Source: Mustelus asterias (Eukaryota). From it: a DNA stretch of 64,000 nt. How positions within the stretch are numbered: position 1 is the stretch's first letter; every line of letters starts with the position of its first letter. Of the stretch, positions 23,751-36,614 are shown one piece after another. The notes beneath the pieces are model-generated. The model searched no databases. It was not told the origin of the DNA and worked only from the letters and a program-made list of their open reading frames with translations. The stretch covers positions 121,396,001 to 121,460,000 of the forward strand of contig NC_135803.1 of the NCBI RefSeq assembly GCF_964213995.1. Reading direction: 5' to 3'. Made by a program: the position numbers and the translations under genes.

Positions 23751-25730
23751 AGTGAGGCTATTGGCACTCTCCTTACTCAGTATGTATGTCGTTAAAATCA
23801 AAAATCAAGCAACTGTGATCCAATGTGCCCTGTTCCTCCAAAGTTTTGCTGCGCCGTTATCTTATCCAGAAACTCAGTACTCACATAATTAGTGAAACGC
23901 ACAAATAGAATTTCTCAATCTTCTGTAAATGGATTTTTAATCATGTGATCAGTCTTAATTTGGAGAGGCGGTGAGACCCAGGGTAATGTTCTGGGGACCT
24001 CTGAGATGGCTACTCAGTTACAGGGCAATTAGGGATGGGCAATAAATGCTGGCCCAGCCAGCAAGGCCCAGATCCCATGAATGAATGGGAAAATAAACTA
24101 CAACCAAACAGCTCATATGGCACAGCAAATTTAATAAGGAGTGGGATTTCATTCCTTCAGATTTAATACTGTGGGAAATTTTTTTAAAGTGAAAAAAATA
24201 CTTTACTCTGTCCCTTCTATTTCTTTCTTTTTCACCCTTTCTGTGCATGATTTTACATTGAATGCTGAATTAAATAACCTATGAAAATGGGCATGAGGAT
24301 TGTGATGTGCAATCATCCCTCGCCTGTTTGATGTGATGCAGGCAACGTAGCATTGACATGGTGCCGGTTCATTAGCATGATTGCAGCATGGAGTCTGCAT
24401 TAGCCATGCTTTGACTGCTTGCATCAGCAGGAGACCAAAACAGCCGCCGCCAGCACTGCTTAGAGCTAGCCTGCACCTCTGAAAGGGGACCTACACTGTT
24501 GTTGGAGAAGGTGATGGGAGTCCTTTACGAGCTGAATCTGACCCCAAGGTGCCCCCCCCCAAACATCCAGGTTTCCCAATGTCACAAGGAAGCTCCTGGT
24601 GGCAGAGGTGTAAAGAAGTCTCATGCCCTGTAAGTCATAGATAATACTCTACAGTGAAAAGGCAGTGGGGAGCAGATCGCTGTGCCAGTCAGTGCCAGAG
24701 GTTTAGCCCAAAGAATCAAGATGCAGGAGTCACAAGAGCTTTAAGGAGCTTACACAAGTGGCCGAGGTCAGTTAATTCCATCCCCTCCCAATTTCACCAC
24801 TAGCCTCTGCCCACTTTCCAATGCCTCACATTCCATCGCTTACCTATCAACACTCTATTATCAATCCAGACTCACATCTTATGGAAATGCTTCACTCCAT
24901 CCTCAGGCACTTAACACTGTTCCAAACCTGAAACCCACATATTATAGATTGTGCATACTGCCACCAATTCCACCATGCCAACCAGATAGCCAAACATATT
25001 GCATCACACTCACTGACTTCCCTCTCTTGCTGGTGTGGTGGTGCACAACTGAAGGCAGCAGAAGGTAACCAGAGGAAAAGTGACTTGCTGAGTATCCATA
25101 TCACCATGGTGGCGATGGTACTGGTCATTATTGGAAAGGCCATTTCAACATCTGTGACCAGCAGCTTACCAGCATCTGGAGATTATGGTATACTCACACC
25201 CAACCCTTCTCCTCCATCTCGCATGCCACGTCCACCACAACCTCTGTGAGAACGGTGTCGGCATACACCCCTCACTTTCCACCTTTCCCATCAGTACAAC
25301 CGTACACATGTGTCTATCTTCTATCAGATACCCAAGAACTCTGACCGGGCCAGGAAGCGGAGGAACTGGTGAACTAAAAGAGCAGAAAGACAATGATGAA
25401 GAAGCCACGCCATCACTTTATTTCACACTCACAGCTATCAGCTCAGATACTAACACTACGCTTTTCTGAGGAGAAATAACAGAGATGGGATCTGCACGGA
25501 GTGAGACATGGGCACAAGAACACTGCAGCTTGGGCAGGGGGCAGGACTAGTGCAGGTGCCAGCTCACTGGAGGATGAAGTCGCACATGAGATTGGCCATG
25601 CTACAGAAGAAAGCTGAATGTATGTACACATTGAAATGCTTGATGTATTGTGCACAGGCTTTCAGGTGAGCCTGCCAATGTTAAGGAGCTTGAATTAATC
25701 CGTCACCAACTTGGCAGAGGACTTTGGGCA

Positions 25731-26581
25731 TGTAAGGGGATTTTCTCGGGGCGTCCCACTGGGGGGCCTTGTATTCAGCTAATCTCAGCAAACACAAAGA
25801 CTTATGAAAGACGGTGTGCGGTTAAAGACATTCTTTATTTGACCAACACATTGGAGGAGAGATAGTCAGAGGATTCCAACTTCTCTCTGACCTTACATGA
25901 CATGGGTACAACAGATATACATTTCTGAAGATTTGATACTCCCGCCCAACCTGTCATCCAGGCTGGACGGTCCAGTTAAAACACTTTACTTACTTTGGCC
26001 AATAGCATTCAACCTTCCAGCAGAATTAAGAATTCATTGGTCAACTGGACACAGAAGTTCTTCCCCCCAGTACGTAGTAACCTTACCCACGCAAATCCGG
26101 TAGGTTCAAGGGTCGCCCCTAACTTCTGCTGTCCTGGGAGCGAAAAGGGAGTCATCCTCCCTTATCGTGGAGGTTGAATTGCAGCTATTCATTACAGCTA
26201 AAAACTCAATACTTCCATTCATTTCAATAACCTTGGTCACTTGTAGCTGCCTGGCCTACCCCTGATAATAGGGTATACGCTCTCTGCTTCATTGTTCCAA
26301 AAGAATGTGGTCTGTCTAATTAAACTTATTTCCCATTATGTTCAGAGGTAAATTGCTTGTTGGCCAAAGCTCACAGGAGAATGCAAAAATACAGTTTAAA
26401 TCTGCAATACTTGTTCAAAAATGATTATATATGTGCTTATACAGAAGATATCTTCGTATGATATATAAGTGAGGCACATTGTGATACCTTTGATATATAA
26501 GGCACACTGTGGTCCCTATTTTAAACTAATCTACTTGTTTTAATTGTCTTATAAGCAGGGATTTCTGTATCCCTTGCTACA
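25731..26581 (-). mobile_element. Solo LTR (851 bp) of unassigned LTR retroelement/ERV
   Basis: Termini TGTAAGGGGAT...ATCCCTTGCTACA; perfect 5-bp TSD GGGCA (25726-25730, 26582-26586). Orientation inferred from a minus-strand AATAAA near 25835. Confidence 0.7.
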
Positions 26582-26856
26582 GGGCAGAACTTGTAGCCCA
26601 TCCTATCCAGCATGGAAGTGGTGGCTAATTCCATCAACACATGTGCGAACCTACCTATGATGCAGAGTCCAGTGGCCAATGTCTCTGTTTCCATTACAGC
26701 AACTTCCACAGGAAACATGAGTGCTTGTGAGCTCGGATTGAGGTCATGCCAGGTCAGAGTGCTGTCGATAATGCTGCAAGCATCAGTGTTCAAAGGGATT
26801 TGCAGGATCTCACAACAGAACTACAATCCACTGCCCAACAGATTATGAGGATCGTT

Positions 26857-27198
26857 TAGAAGATTAGAAACCCTACAGTACAGAAAGAGGCCATTCGGCC
26901 CATCGAGTCTGCACCGACCACAATCCCACCCAGGCCCTACCCCCATTTCCCTACATATTTAACCCGCTAATCCCTCTAATCTACACATCCCAGGACACTA
27001 AGGGGCAATTTTAGCATGGCCAATCAACCTAACCCGCACATCTTTGGACTGTGGGAGGAAACCGGAGCACCCGGAGGAAACCCACGCAGACACGAGGAGA
27101 ATGTGCAAACTCCACACAGACAGTGACCCGAGCCGGGAATCGAACCCAGGTCCCTGGAGCTGTGAAGCAGCAGTGCTAACCACTGTGCTACCGTGCCG
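26857..27198 (-). mobile_element. HE1 SINE (young)
   Basis: Full head, V-domain and tail; nearly identical to the copy at 52696-53025. Confidence 0.92.
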
Positions 27199-28013
27199 TA
27201 CCGTGTTGAGGTGATGTCCTGAGATATGTGGGGATGGGGGGGGAGGAAGGAGCAGTATATAGTGACTCCATGGAGAATGGAGTCCGCATTCAGCTTCCCA
27301 TCCATGCCACAACACCAGTTGCCAGTCCCCTGGCCAGCTCAGGCTGCTGCTGCCCATGCCCAGATGGCGCAGTCTACAGCCAGCATTCCACTAGTTATGC
27401 TGCTCTCACTGGGGTGGCACTGTGTAGGAGCACGAGGACAGGCAAAGTATACAGAAGACAGGCAAATAGGCAATGTCAAGATTGATTAGTTTCCGTTTAA
27501 TGCAATACAGCAGCCAGAGGCTGGGTCCTCTTGCTGCTCCTTCTGTCGAATCACTGGTGTCTGGTCCTCCCTCCCTGTGCACTGTTCTTCCCTCATATTT
27601 CACTCTTCCCCCACATATCTCACCACCACCTCTGGCATCCAAGCCTGGTAACATTCTAGCCATTACATGCATGTTACACATGTGTGCATAATTTGTGGAC
27701 TGGAGGAGTTACAAGCCATGTTGTCAGTGGATTGCCCTTATCACTCAGCCACTCTTTTGTTTGTTGTGTTGGCTGAAATATAGCTGACAAGGCAGACTAT
27801 AGCAAAATAATGGCATCATGACTGCTGCCAAAATACCACACATTCACTGCATGACTCACTGGTCAAATACCAAGTAGATGTTGAGAAAGTAGAATCGCTT
27901 TTGGTTCCAGAATAGGGCTGAGTTGTTAAACAGTGTCACAAAGTGATGAGTGTGCAGTAGTGGCACCCTGCACCAGTGGGAATCCCTGCAAACCCTCATG
28001 CTCACTCTGGCTG

Positions 28014-28344
28014 TGTGGTGAACCATCGTTGGTTCCCACTAGGTAGTACTGAGCCAGGGTCTGGCCAGTACTACGAGTATGTATATATGTTGCTGTTGGG
28101 GTTAGGGATGGGTTGTTCTACTTGTTGCTGTTGGGGTTAGGGTTGGGCTGTTACACCTGTATTATAGTTATTATGGTACATCCCAGTCGGGCTCCGCCTC
28201 CTGGGTGAGGTATAAAGGTCACTGCTCTGTCTGGGACCCCTCAGTCTGGGATCGTGTACTATACATGGTAGCTTCGTTGTAATAGTAAATAAAAGCCTTT
28301 ATTTCCTTGAGCATCTCAAGCCTCGTGTGTGATAACGCGCATCA
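28014..28344 (+). mobile_element. Solo LTR of a Gypsy family related to the element at 36245-40946
   Basis: TGTGGTGAACC...CGCGCATCA termini, GTATAAAGGTCACTGC TATA block and AATAAAAGCCTTTATTTCC are shared with that element. TSD GGCTG (28009-28013, 28345-28349). Confidence 0.92.
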
Positions 28345-29474
28345 GGCTGCTTATCCCAAATGAAAATAAAATGGAGTTATCTCTCTTTGAATAAGCTAGC
28401 TTCAGTGAGCTCTCTCATGCAATCGTGGCTGGAAATTGTAAAGATGTTGCTGATATTGCCATCAACAGCCTGGAAGGGTGTCTGATGTGTAAAAATTCAT
28501 AGCTGCAGTCATCTTCATAGCCTCTGCCCAAGCAGTTCTTGCCCTGCTTTGCGATTGGATTTGTGGCTGCGACAAGCAGCAGATTTCAGTCAAGGCCTTC
28601 TGATGAAGCGCTGACATCTCAAGCATTGGTCAGATGTGTACAACAAGTTGTTGATGGCCAGTCTGGAAAGCTAAGGGCACACATACACCTGAGCTCAATT
28701 TCTTGCCCTGTGTGAGTAAAGATTCTTCAATCTGGTTGAGGAGACATGCTATTGATTACCCTGTTCGGGCAGGTCCCAGGTGCCCTCTTTCAAATCTCTG
28801 ATTACAGCAAATCGCAGTGTAAAGGCCCAGGGAAAGTCTGTGGGTAAGTGTATGTGCAATGATAGGCTGTGCAGCTCATTTGCCGCTGATTGCTAAATCC
28901 AAACCATTGTGTTGGATACATGCTGGAAATGAATTGCCTTTCCGACTTGGAAGTGTTTTGGGCCGGGCTGGGACAAGGTTAGGCTTACAAAGCCTCAATG
29001 ATGGCCACTCCAATGGTGGCAATCACCACCTCCTTTGTCGAGATGCTTTATGCAATCATGTAGCTCGTGCTGCCTCTGGTTACATGTTACCTTGTCCTTC
29101 AAGAGGAAAATGTGCCAGTGAGTGACAGGCAATGTGTCTGAGTGATATTGCTGTCATGGGTCAACAACTGGCAGTGTGTGCAAGCAGTGAATTGTGGATG
29201 TCAGACTAGCAGCAATGCCAAGTCTGCGAGGGTGAAGTGAAACTATAAATGTTAGGTATGAGTGACGATTAATAGAAATTGGAGGTAGATGAGTAATGAA
29301 GATCTGATGCATAGATAATGATGTAGTTGGTGGACTATGGCATTTGATGATGCATTACTGACCTTCACCGCTTGTGCAAGGTCACTGAACTTCTTGCGGC
29401 AGTCCATCCAGGCGCTTGGATTTGACTCCTGGCATTGATCACCACAATGTGGCTTGGCTGCCTACACACTCTTT

Positions 29475-29700
29475 GGGTGGGATTTTCCGGCTGTTCCCGC
29501 TGGCAGGATCTTCCATTCCTGCCCACAGTGAGGCCGCCCCCCCCCCCCCCCCCCCCCGCCCAAACACTGTGGGTTTCCGGTGGCAAAAAGTACAAACAAC
29601 GGGAAAACCTGTTGGACCGGAAGATCCTGCCACCAGCCAATGGCCACCTCTCCTGCCATGAAACATGCCACAGTGGGGAGGTACGGAAAATCCCAACCTT
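29475..29700. mobile_element. Harbinger-type MITE inserted in the minus-strand Myb pseudogene
   Basis: TIR-like GGGTGGGATTTTCCG / CGGAAAATCCCAACC; the Myb reading frame continues on both sides. Confidence 0.7.
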
Positions 29701-30494
29701 TGTCTGGAGGGCTTCCTGATTCCCTGTGGATAAATCACACCTCTGATCTGCTCAACCTCCTCTGCTCAGGTATCCAGTGGATTGACAGAGCACCCTGTGT
29801 TGAAATGCACCTTTCTTGCTCAGACTCTCTTCCATAAACAGATCCTGCACTTGCCCCAGCCAGCAAGCACCTGCTTTTAGAAGATGCAGATTTATTTTAA
29901 ATGGTGCTGTCTCGGCATTAGTGGTGCTAACTTCTCATGTAATTGGACTCCCTGCTGAAGTGTGCAGACACTAAATAGGGTTTTTTTTTGGGGGGGGCGG
30001 TTCTCAAGGTTTTTGGGAATTTTAATTGAAGCAAATGTCACGTTGCACCTATACTCTCGTCGATGCCTTTTGGTCTCAGTCAGAGGTAGGCTGACGGATC
30101 TTATTTCTTATCATTTTATTTTCACTTTGTTCTTGAGTAAATTTGTATGGTGTTCCATTCACGTGTTTGCATGATTACAAATTTCAAGGTTTCTGGTCTG
30201 GATGTTTTCACTAAGTTTTCTGTGAACTGGGTCAAGATCCTGGAACTCGCTCCCTAACAGCTCTGTGAGTGTACCTACACCACATGGACTTGGGGGCTCA
30301 CTATTGAAACAATGTATGCAGATTACTACCCCTGCTTTTGGTCCATTCTCAGTGGTGTCATGTTGGAGGTTGTGGTCTACATTTTTCAATTTGCATTATT
30401 TTAACCCATTGAACATAAATGTGCATTTCCACTGGGTTCACATCATTGACCTTGTGTGCCGAAACCAGATGGCCAATCAATTGTTTTCTTCAGT

Positions 30495-31030
30495 CGTGGT
30501 CAGATTCTAAATGGCTTGTTCTGGAAACAGTCTGGAGAGAGATGCAGTGGTATTTGTCGAGGTTCATCCCAAGCAGCTCTGTGATGTAGGACTCTGTGCT
30601 CTATGGGCTGTTCCCAGGGACGCACACCAAGACAAACATCAACTGCTGCCAGAGGATTATCAACGCGGTGAAAGATGCTCTTTGGTCTGCCCAAAACTTG
30701 TTGATCTTCCAGTGCAAATAATTGCCCTTGACTAAGTGTTGCAGACTGGCACATTCCAAGGTCCAGGATTATGTGCTGAGGGACGCACCCAGGCTTGGGG
30801 CAGCAGCTGCCAAGACGCAATGGGAAAAGGCCACTGTACACCAAGGGGCTGATAACAGTGTAAAGCCCCTTCGGGCTGTGTGTTTAACCTTAACGGTATA
30901 TAACTATAGTGAAGCACCTCAGAGTGCAACATGACTGATGTATATAAATTGAATAGAATTGTAATGAAAATATTGAAAAGTTTGTAATGTTCTTAATAGT
31001 GAATTAAAGCACCTCAGAGTGCATCTTGAT
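30495..31030 (+). mobile_element. Tx1/L1-clade LINE ORF2 C-terminus and 3' UTR
   Basis: LYGLFPGTHTKTNINCC..IINAVKDALWSA.NL, then CCRLAHSKVQDYVLRDA..LGAAAAK.QW. Confidence 0.7.
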
Positions 31031-31039
31031 CTCTGGAGA

Positions 31040-31260
31040 CAACGTCGACTCAAGAGCAGCTTCTTCCTTGCTGCTGTCAGACTTTTGAATGGACATACCT
31101 TGCATTAAGTTGATTTTTCTCTACACCCTAGCTATGATTGTAACACTACATTCTGTACTGTCTCGTTTCCTTCTCTATGAATGGTATGTTTTGTCTGTAT
31201 AGGGCGCAAGAAACAATACTTTTCACTGTATGTTAATACATGTGACAATCATAAATCAGA
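31040..31260 (+). mobile_element. Rex1/Babar 3' end
   Basis: Nearly identical to 9760-9984. Confidence 0.85.
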
Positions 31261-32904
31261 TCAAAAATGTGAATATCATTGTGCTTTCCCATTATGACAA
31301 TTTGAAATGTCTTGCAATTTAAACTTCTAAAATTTAAACTTTTTCTTATCATGAGCCCAGGTTTCAGAGTTACTTTCATTAGGTGCTAACCTATTTGGAC
31401 AAACTACAATTGATAGGAAAATAAACATTGAAAGGACTAATAACTATATCAAAAAAGTCAGAATTTTATGTTAATGGAAGTTTGAATTCATTAAATAAAG
31501 AAAATTGCTCGTGAATCAGTAATATAATTGGCAATGATCAGTTGGAATTCAGTATGGGAAAAGAGGATCCACACACTATTTCATTGTCCTTGCCATCTAG
31601 AGTAAAGTTATGAATGCTACATTTAGCCTGTAACACTATATTGGTTTAATTATGTGAACTGATTCACCATGGAGAGAAATAATGGACTGCAGTGTGTTGT
31701 AAACCAACTATTCCATCCATTAGCCTGCTGCAGAACATTCCTTTCCCCACAGAGAATCTGTCCACATTACAGATCAAAAATGTGAATATCTAAGACTGCA
31801 GTTCAGTTTTTATTCACCCACATGGATGACATATATCTTTAAGAAAAAAACTGGTACATTATACAAGATAAATAAAATGGATAAGCTGCTAATGAAAGCA
31901 GAAAACGGAAAGTAAATTGGGTAAAGGGTGAATAAATCATTAATTTTCTAGAAACAGTCTTTTCTGGGAACTATGCAGGCCTCACCATCTAGACTTCTTA
32001 AAAATATTGTACGAACACTTGTTCGATTCAATCAAAAACACCATAGATACAAGCCTGGTCAACAACTACTTCCTGCCTTTGTCCCAAATATGGCAGTAGT
32101 TCAAAAGCTGCAACGCTGATGCTTTGTTTTGTCTTACTCGTTTCCTTTTCTAATACCTGCATGAAATCAACTACCTCCATTTCCTTCAGTAATAGTAACA
32201 GCTTAAAGCTTCCTTCGGCAATCTTTTCCTTCTGATAAGGATGTTTACCGTTGTATAAAAGGCTCAATTGTTAATAGATGGCCTGCAATGAAAATGATCT
32301 ACATAATGAAAGCCTAGTATTGAGATTTTTAAAATGGAGAAAGCACTCCATCCACCATGGAATTTTGCTCAATTCCCGTAAAATCCATTTTTTGATCTTT
32401 GGGAAAGAAGCACCAAATATGGATCCAGTGAAACAAAAGGGAAACCAAAGAACATTTTACGGGGAGTTACGGGGTTAGTGCTTGGGTGGGAGTTTTCATA
32501 GAATCATCATTTGTCGGTGCAGGCTCGATGGGCCGAATAGCCTCCTTCTGCACTGTAGGGATTCTATGATTTTGAGCTGCTCTGACATATCTTGTCATCA
32601 TGAAGCAAATTTTAGCAATTATTTCAGAAAAATTTCTTAAGGTGTTTTTCTTAATTAACTCAGTTGTCCTTTTCCACTACTTTTTTCATCATGTAAATGT
32701 TCACTAAAAACTACATGTGCTATAACTCCTTACATAAAGTACATCATGGTTTCTCTTCTTCTACTATCTGGTGAATTAATGGCCAATACATGTTTCTGTG
32801 TGGAAGCAACGCATCGATCACATAACAATCCTTCTGCTCAACACAGAGAGGAGCCTTGTGTGCAGTTGACCTTCTGGTTTGGGAATCTCCTAAACATTTT
32901 TACT

Positions 32905-33835
32905 TAAATAAAAGCAAGATATTGGGGATGCTGGAAATCTGAAAGAAAAACAGAAAGTGCTAGATTAACTCAGCAGGTCTGGCAGCATTTGTGGAGAGAA
33001 AAACACAAGTTTGAGTCCATTGCCCCTTCTACAGAACTGAAAAGGAATAGAAATGTAATCAATTACATGGGGCGGCACAGTGGTACAGTGGTTAGCACTG
33101 CTGCCTCACAGCGTCAGGGACCCAGGTTCGATTCCCGGCTCGGGTCACTGTCTATGTGGAGTCTGCACACTCTCCCCGTGTCTGTGTGGGTTTCCTCCAG
33201 GTGCTCCGGTTTCCTCCCACAGTCAAAAATGTGCGGGTTAGGTGGATAGGCCATGCTAAATTGCTGTTTAATGTTGGGGGACTAGCTAGGGTAAATGCAT
33301 GGGGTTATAGGGATAGGGCCTGTGTGGGACTGTGGTTGGTGTAGACTCGATGGGCCAAATGGCCTCCTTCTGCACTGTAGGATTCTGTGATCAGTTTTCG
33401 ATACTGGGAGAGGGAGCTGAGGCAGAATGGAAAGTGTCCTTTAACTTGTCTCACTTGCTGCAAATAAAAGGTGTAGCTATGAGTACCCACATGAGCCCCA
33501 GTTATGCCTGTCTTTTTGTGTGTTATATGGAACATTCCATGTCCTAGTCCTACTCAGGCCACTCCCACAACTCTTTCTTTGTTACATCAATGACTGCATC
33601 GGTGCCACGACATGTTCTCGTCTAGACCTGGAAAAATTTATCGATTTTGCTTCTAATTTCAATCCCTCTCACACCTTCACATGGTCCATTTCCGACAATT
33701 CCCTTCCTTGACCTCTCTGTCTCCATTTCTGGCGATAATCTGATCACCAATATTCATCACAAACCTGCCGACTTACATTGCTACCTTGAATACACCTCCT
33801 CACACCCTGCTTCCTGGAAGAACTCCATCCCATTC
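32905..33835 (+). mobile_element. Penelope-like element: inverted pseudo-LTR piece plus RT fragment, interrupted by HE1
   Basis: SFNLSHLLQIKGVAMSTHMSPSYACLF and LFLCYINDCIGA (PLE RT motifs GxAMG/YIDD, decayed). Pseudo-LTR-like sequence at 32905-33040. Confidence 0.8.
33069..33390 (+). mobile_element. HE1 SINE
   Basis: Head, V-domain and tail. Confidence 0.9.
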
Positions 33836-34780
33836 TTGTACCTGATCTGGCAGCTCTTTGCATTAAAGGGAATATATTTGGCTGTGTCCTCAGTCCAGGT
33901 AAGATTGCACCACATCTCTGTGTCAACCCTTATGTGATAACAGAAATTAATAACATTGGCCGAGGTACTTGTGCCCTCTTTGCCACTTCGAAGCCTTCAT
34001 GCATGCATTGGGCCACTGCCTCAGAGTGACAAATGAGTAAGAGCTGAACAAACATGGGTAACATTCCATTGTCCAGCGCTTAGGAAAGTGTCTCAACCCC
34101 AGATATGTCACATGGAAAAGTGTAGATAACAAGAGAGAGAACGGGAATGAACTCCCGCATGCTTTCTTGAGATCAACAAACACTTGCTTGTACTCAGAGG
34201 CACTCCAGTGAACCAACAAGGGGCCCAGCATACCAAATAGAGGGGAATAGCAAAGCCAGGAACAAGAAAGGCAACCTCAGCCAAGAGGCCCCAGCTAAGG
34301 ATCATTTTCCCTGAGGACCAGCTTCGGGATTGACAGGAAGCTCTGAAACAAGATTAATCATGATAATTCAAACGGACCACAAATGGGGCGGACATTAAAA
34401 TAGTATTCCTAAAGTACAGGTTCACAACCTTTATGTTTCTGATTTCCCCCTCTCCCATATTACTAACATTCTCCTGTGACATAACATAAGTATTTCTTCT
34501 GCATAAAAATTAATCATACAATTCAATGTTATTATTGTTTTATTTAGTGTGAAACATACTGCTAGTGCTGAACACAGGGTCCAGCTGCAACAAAAGAGAA
34601 ATGTTCAAATTTAATGCCTTGAATTTCACAATCTGAATTGTTTGGTCAGAGAAATTTGCAGATTGGAAAGTACTTTTGAGTTTCACATTCCAAGAAAAGC
34701 AGTCTCTCTTGGCAACAAATGCAGAAACCAACTTAAAAATATGATGCCAGGTGGGTGACAAATAGATTCTTTTGCAAGAT

Positions 34781-35081
34781 CATAGAACCCCTACAGTGCA
34801 GAAGGAAACCACTCGATCCATCGAATCTGCACCGTTCTCTGAAAGAGCGTCTTACACAGTCCCACCCCCACCCTATCCCTGTCACCCTTTTTAGCAGTTA
34901 ATGGGTAATTTACCATGGACAATCCAACTAACCCACACATCTTTGAACTGTGAGAGGAAACCGGAGCACCCAGAGGAAACCCACACAGACTTGGGGAATA
35001 TGTACAAACTCCACACAGTCACCCAAGGTTGGAACTGAACCCAGGTCTTGGTGCTATGAGGCAGCAGTGCTAGCCACTGTG
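34781..35081 (-). mobile_element. HE1 SINE
   Basis: Reverse-complement head, V-domain and tail. Confidence 0.85.
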
Positions 35082-35169
35082 ACAAACTAGAAGAATTATA
35101 GGGAAGATATTCCAAGCTCAGGTTGGCACCTTATAGAGATTATATATCTCTTCTCTTCAAGGCAACCCT

Positions 35170-35450
35170 AATGACTTGCTTCCACTCCAATTCAATGAGT
35201 CCTGGCATGGCTGATAAGTCCAGTATGTGACTTTACTGCAAGTAGTGCTTGAAGGGTTGAATAGATGGGCTGTTTTGAATGTTTGTACATTTTCTGACCC
35301 CTCAACTTTCTTTCCTCACATTCCCAATAAAATCTCTTAATATGGACTTATATTGGATAAGTCTTTTTGTTAGGTCTTAATTCAGGAACTTCCACGAGTC
35401 AGTGGGGTTGTTTGATCCCTTCAGGGAAGCTTTGAGGACATTCCTAAAGC
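35170..35450 (-). mobile_element. RTE-clade LINE 3' remnant
   Basis: Minus strand FRNVLKASLKGSNNPTDSW resembles the RTE KDTLKASLK...W motif. Confidence 0.5.
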
Positions 35451-36614
35451 TATACACTATGTACATCAAGAGTAGTCATTCAAGAGTGTGGAGGTAAGAG
35501 GATGGTGGTTGTGGATTGATAGTGTTGAAATTATGATTCAGGGATTGGGAATAGGGATCCTGGGATGTGGGACGATTGTAAAGGAGAGTAAGGTTCTGGA
35601 AGAACGTCAGAAAAGTAGCGGAACATGAGAGTACTGTGAAGATGTACAGGATTAATGGGGGTGAATCAGTATAAGAAATCTCCAGGTAGCAACCTGAATG
35701 CACATGATAGCATTGCATTGTGAAGCTACTTTTAAAAATAAGAGGCAATTTAGCCACTTGGACTATGACTTTTGGAGGATTAAAATCTATTACTAAAAAT
35801 CTAAGCACAATTTGATTCACAAAATTACAGAGTCTCATCAGCACAAAAGATAAGCTGGAACATCACACCTGTGCTGCCGTTTTAGTTTCACTTCCCTGCT
35901 CTCTCCCCTTTACCCTGCAATTTGCTCCCCTTGAAGTATTTATCCAATTCCTTTTAGAAAGTTAGTATGGAATTTTCTTCCACCACATTTTCAGGCACTG
36001 CATTCCAGATTATATTAACTAAATGTGTTTTCTTTAATTCTTTTCCTCTAACTGCTGTTTTGTTTTGTTAATGACCTTGAATCTGTGTACACTGGTTACC
36101 AACCTTTCTGCCATGGAAACAGTTTCTCTTTATGAATTTGAATCCCTCTATTTAATTTTCCCTCCAGCTTTTTAACTATAATGAGAACAATTCCAGCTTC
36201 TCTGGTCCCTCCTGTAACAGAAGGCCCTTATCTCCAGTACGTTCTGATGCGCGATTAAATCACTCGGGAGGCTGGATCGTACCCGGGAAATAAAGGCTTT
36301 TATTACTAACAAGAATGGAGCACACTATACACAATACAATCCCAGACTAAAGGGTCACCAGGCAGTGCAGTGACCTTTATACTCCTCCAGGTAGGCGGAG
36401 CCAACTGGAGTGTACCACAGAACAATATCAACAGGTAGAACACCCCAACCCGAACCCCAACAGTAACAACAGTAACATATCTACAAGTACCCATAGTGCT
36501 GACCATCTATGGTTCAGTACTCATAGTGGTAACCAACTATGGTTCACCACATTCACCCCTCCTTTAAGACAAAGGCTGGCGGGGCAAAAAAAACCAGAAC
36601 AACTGTCCATATAT

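Larger units (their letters stand above)
24150..30060. mobile_element. Ancient Harbinger-like relic with two convergent Myb/SANT pseudogenes and multiple nested insertions
   Basis: Plus strand ~24560-24770 resembles W.QIAVPVSARGLAQR...KSFKELTQVAEVS. Minus strand ~29800->29358 resembles IYPQGIRKPSRQ / INARSQ..WMDCRKKFSDLAQAVKV. Boundaries are uncertain. Confidence 0.55.

Noticed and set aside
28095-28150. Interstitial telomere repeat (GGGTTAGGG)
   Set aside because: Only two isolated units, part of an internal duplication of the LTR U3 region.
28600-28606. Hammerhead core CTGATGA (similar hits near 8677 and 14254)
   Set aside because: No stem II plus GAAA and no stem I pairing follow.
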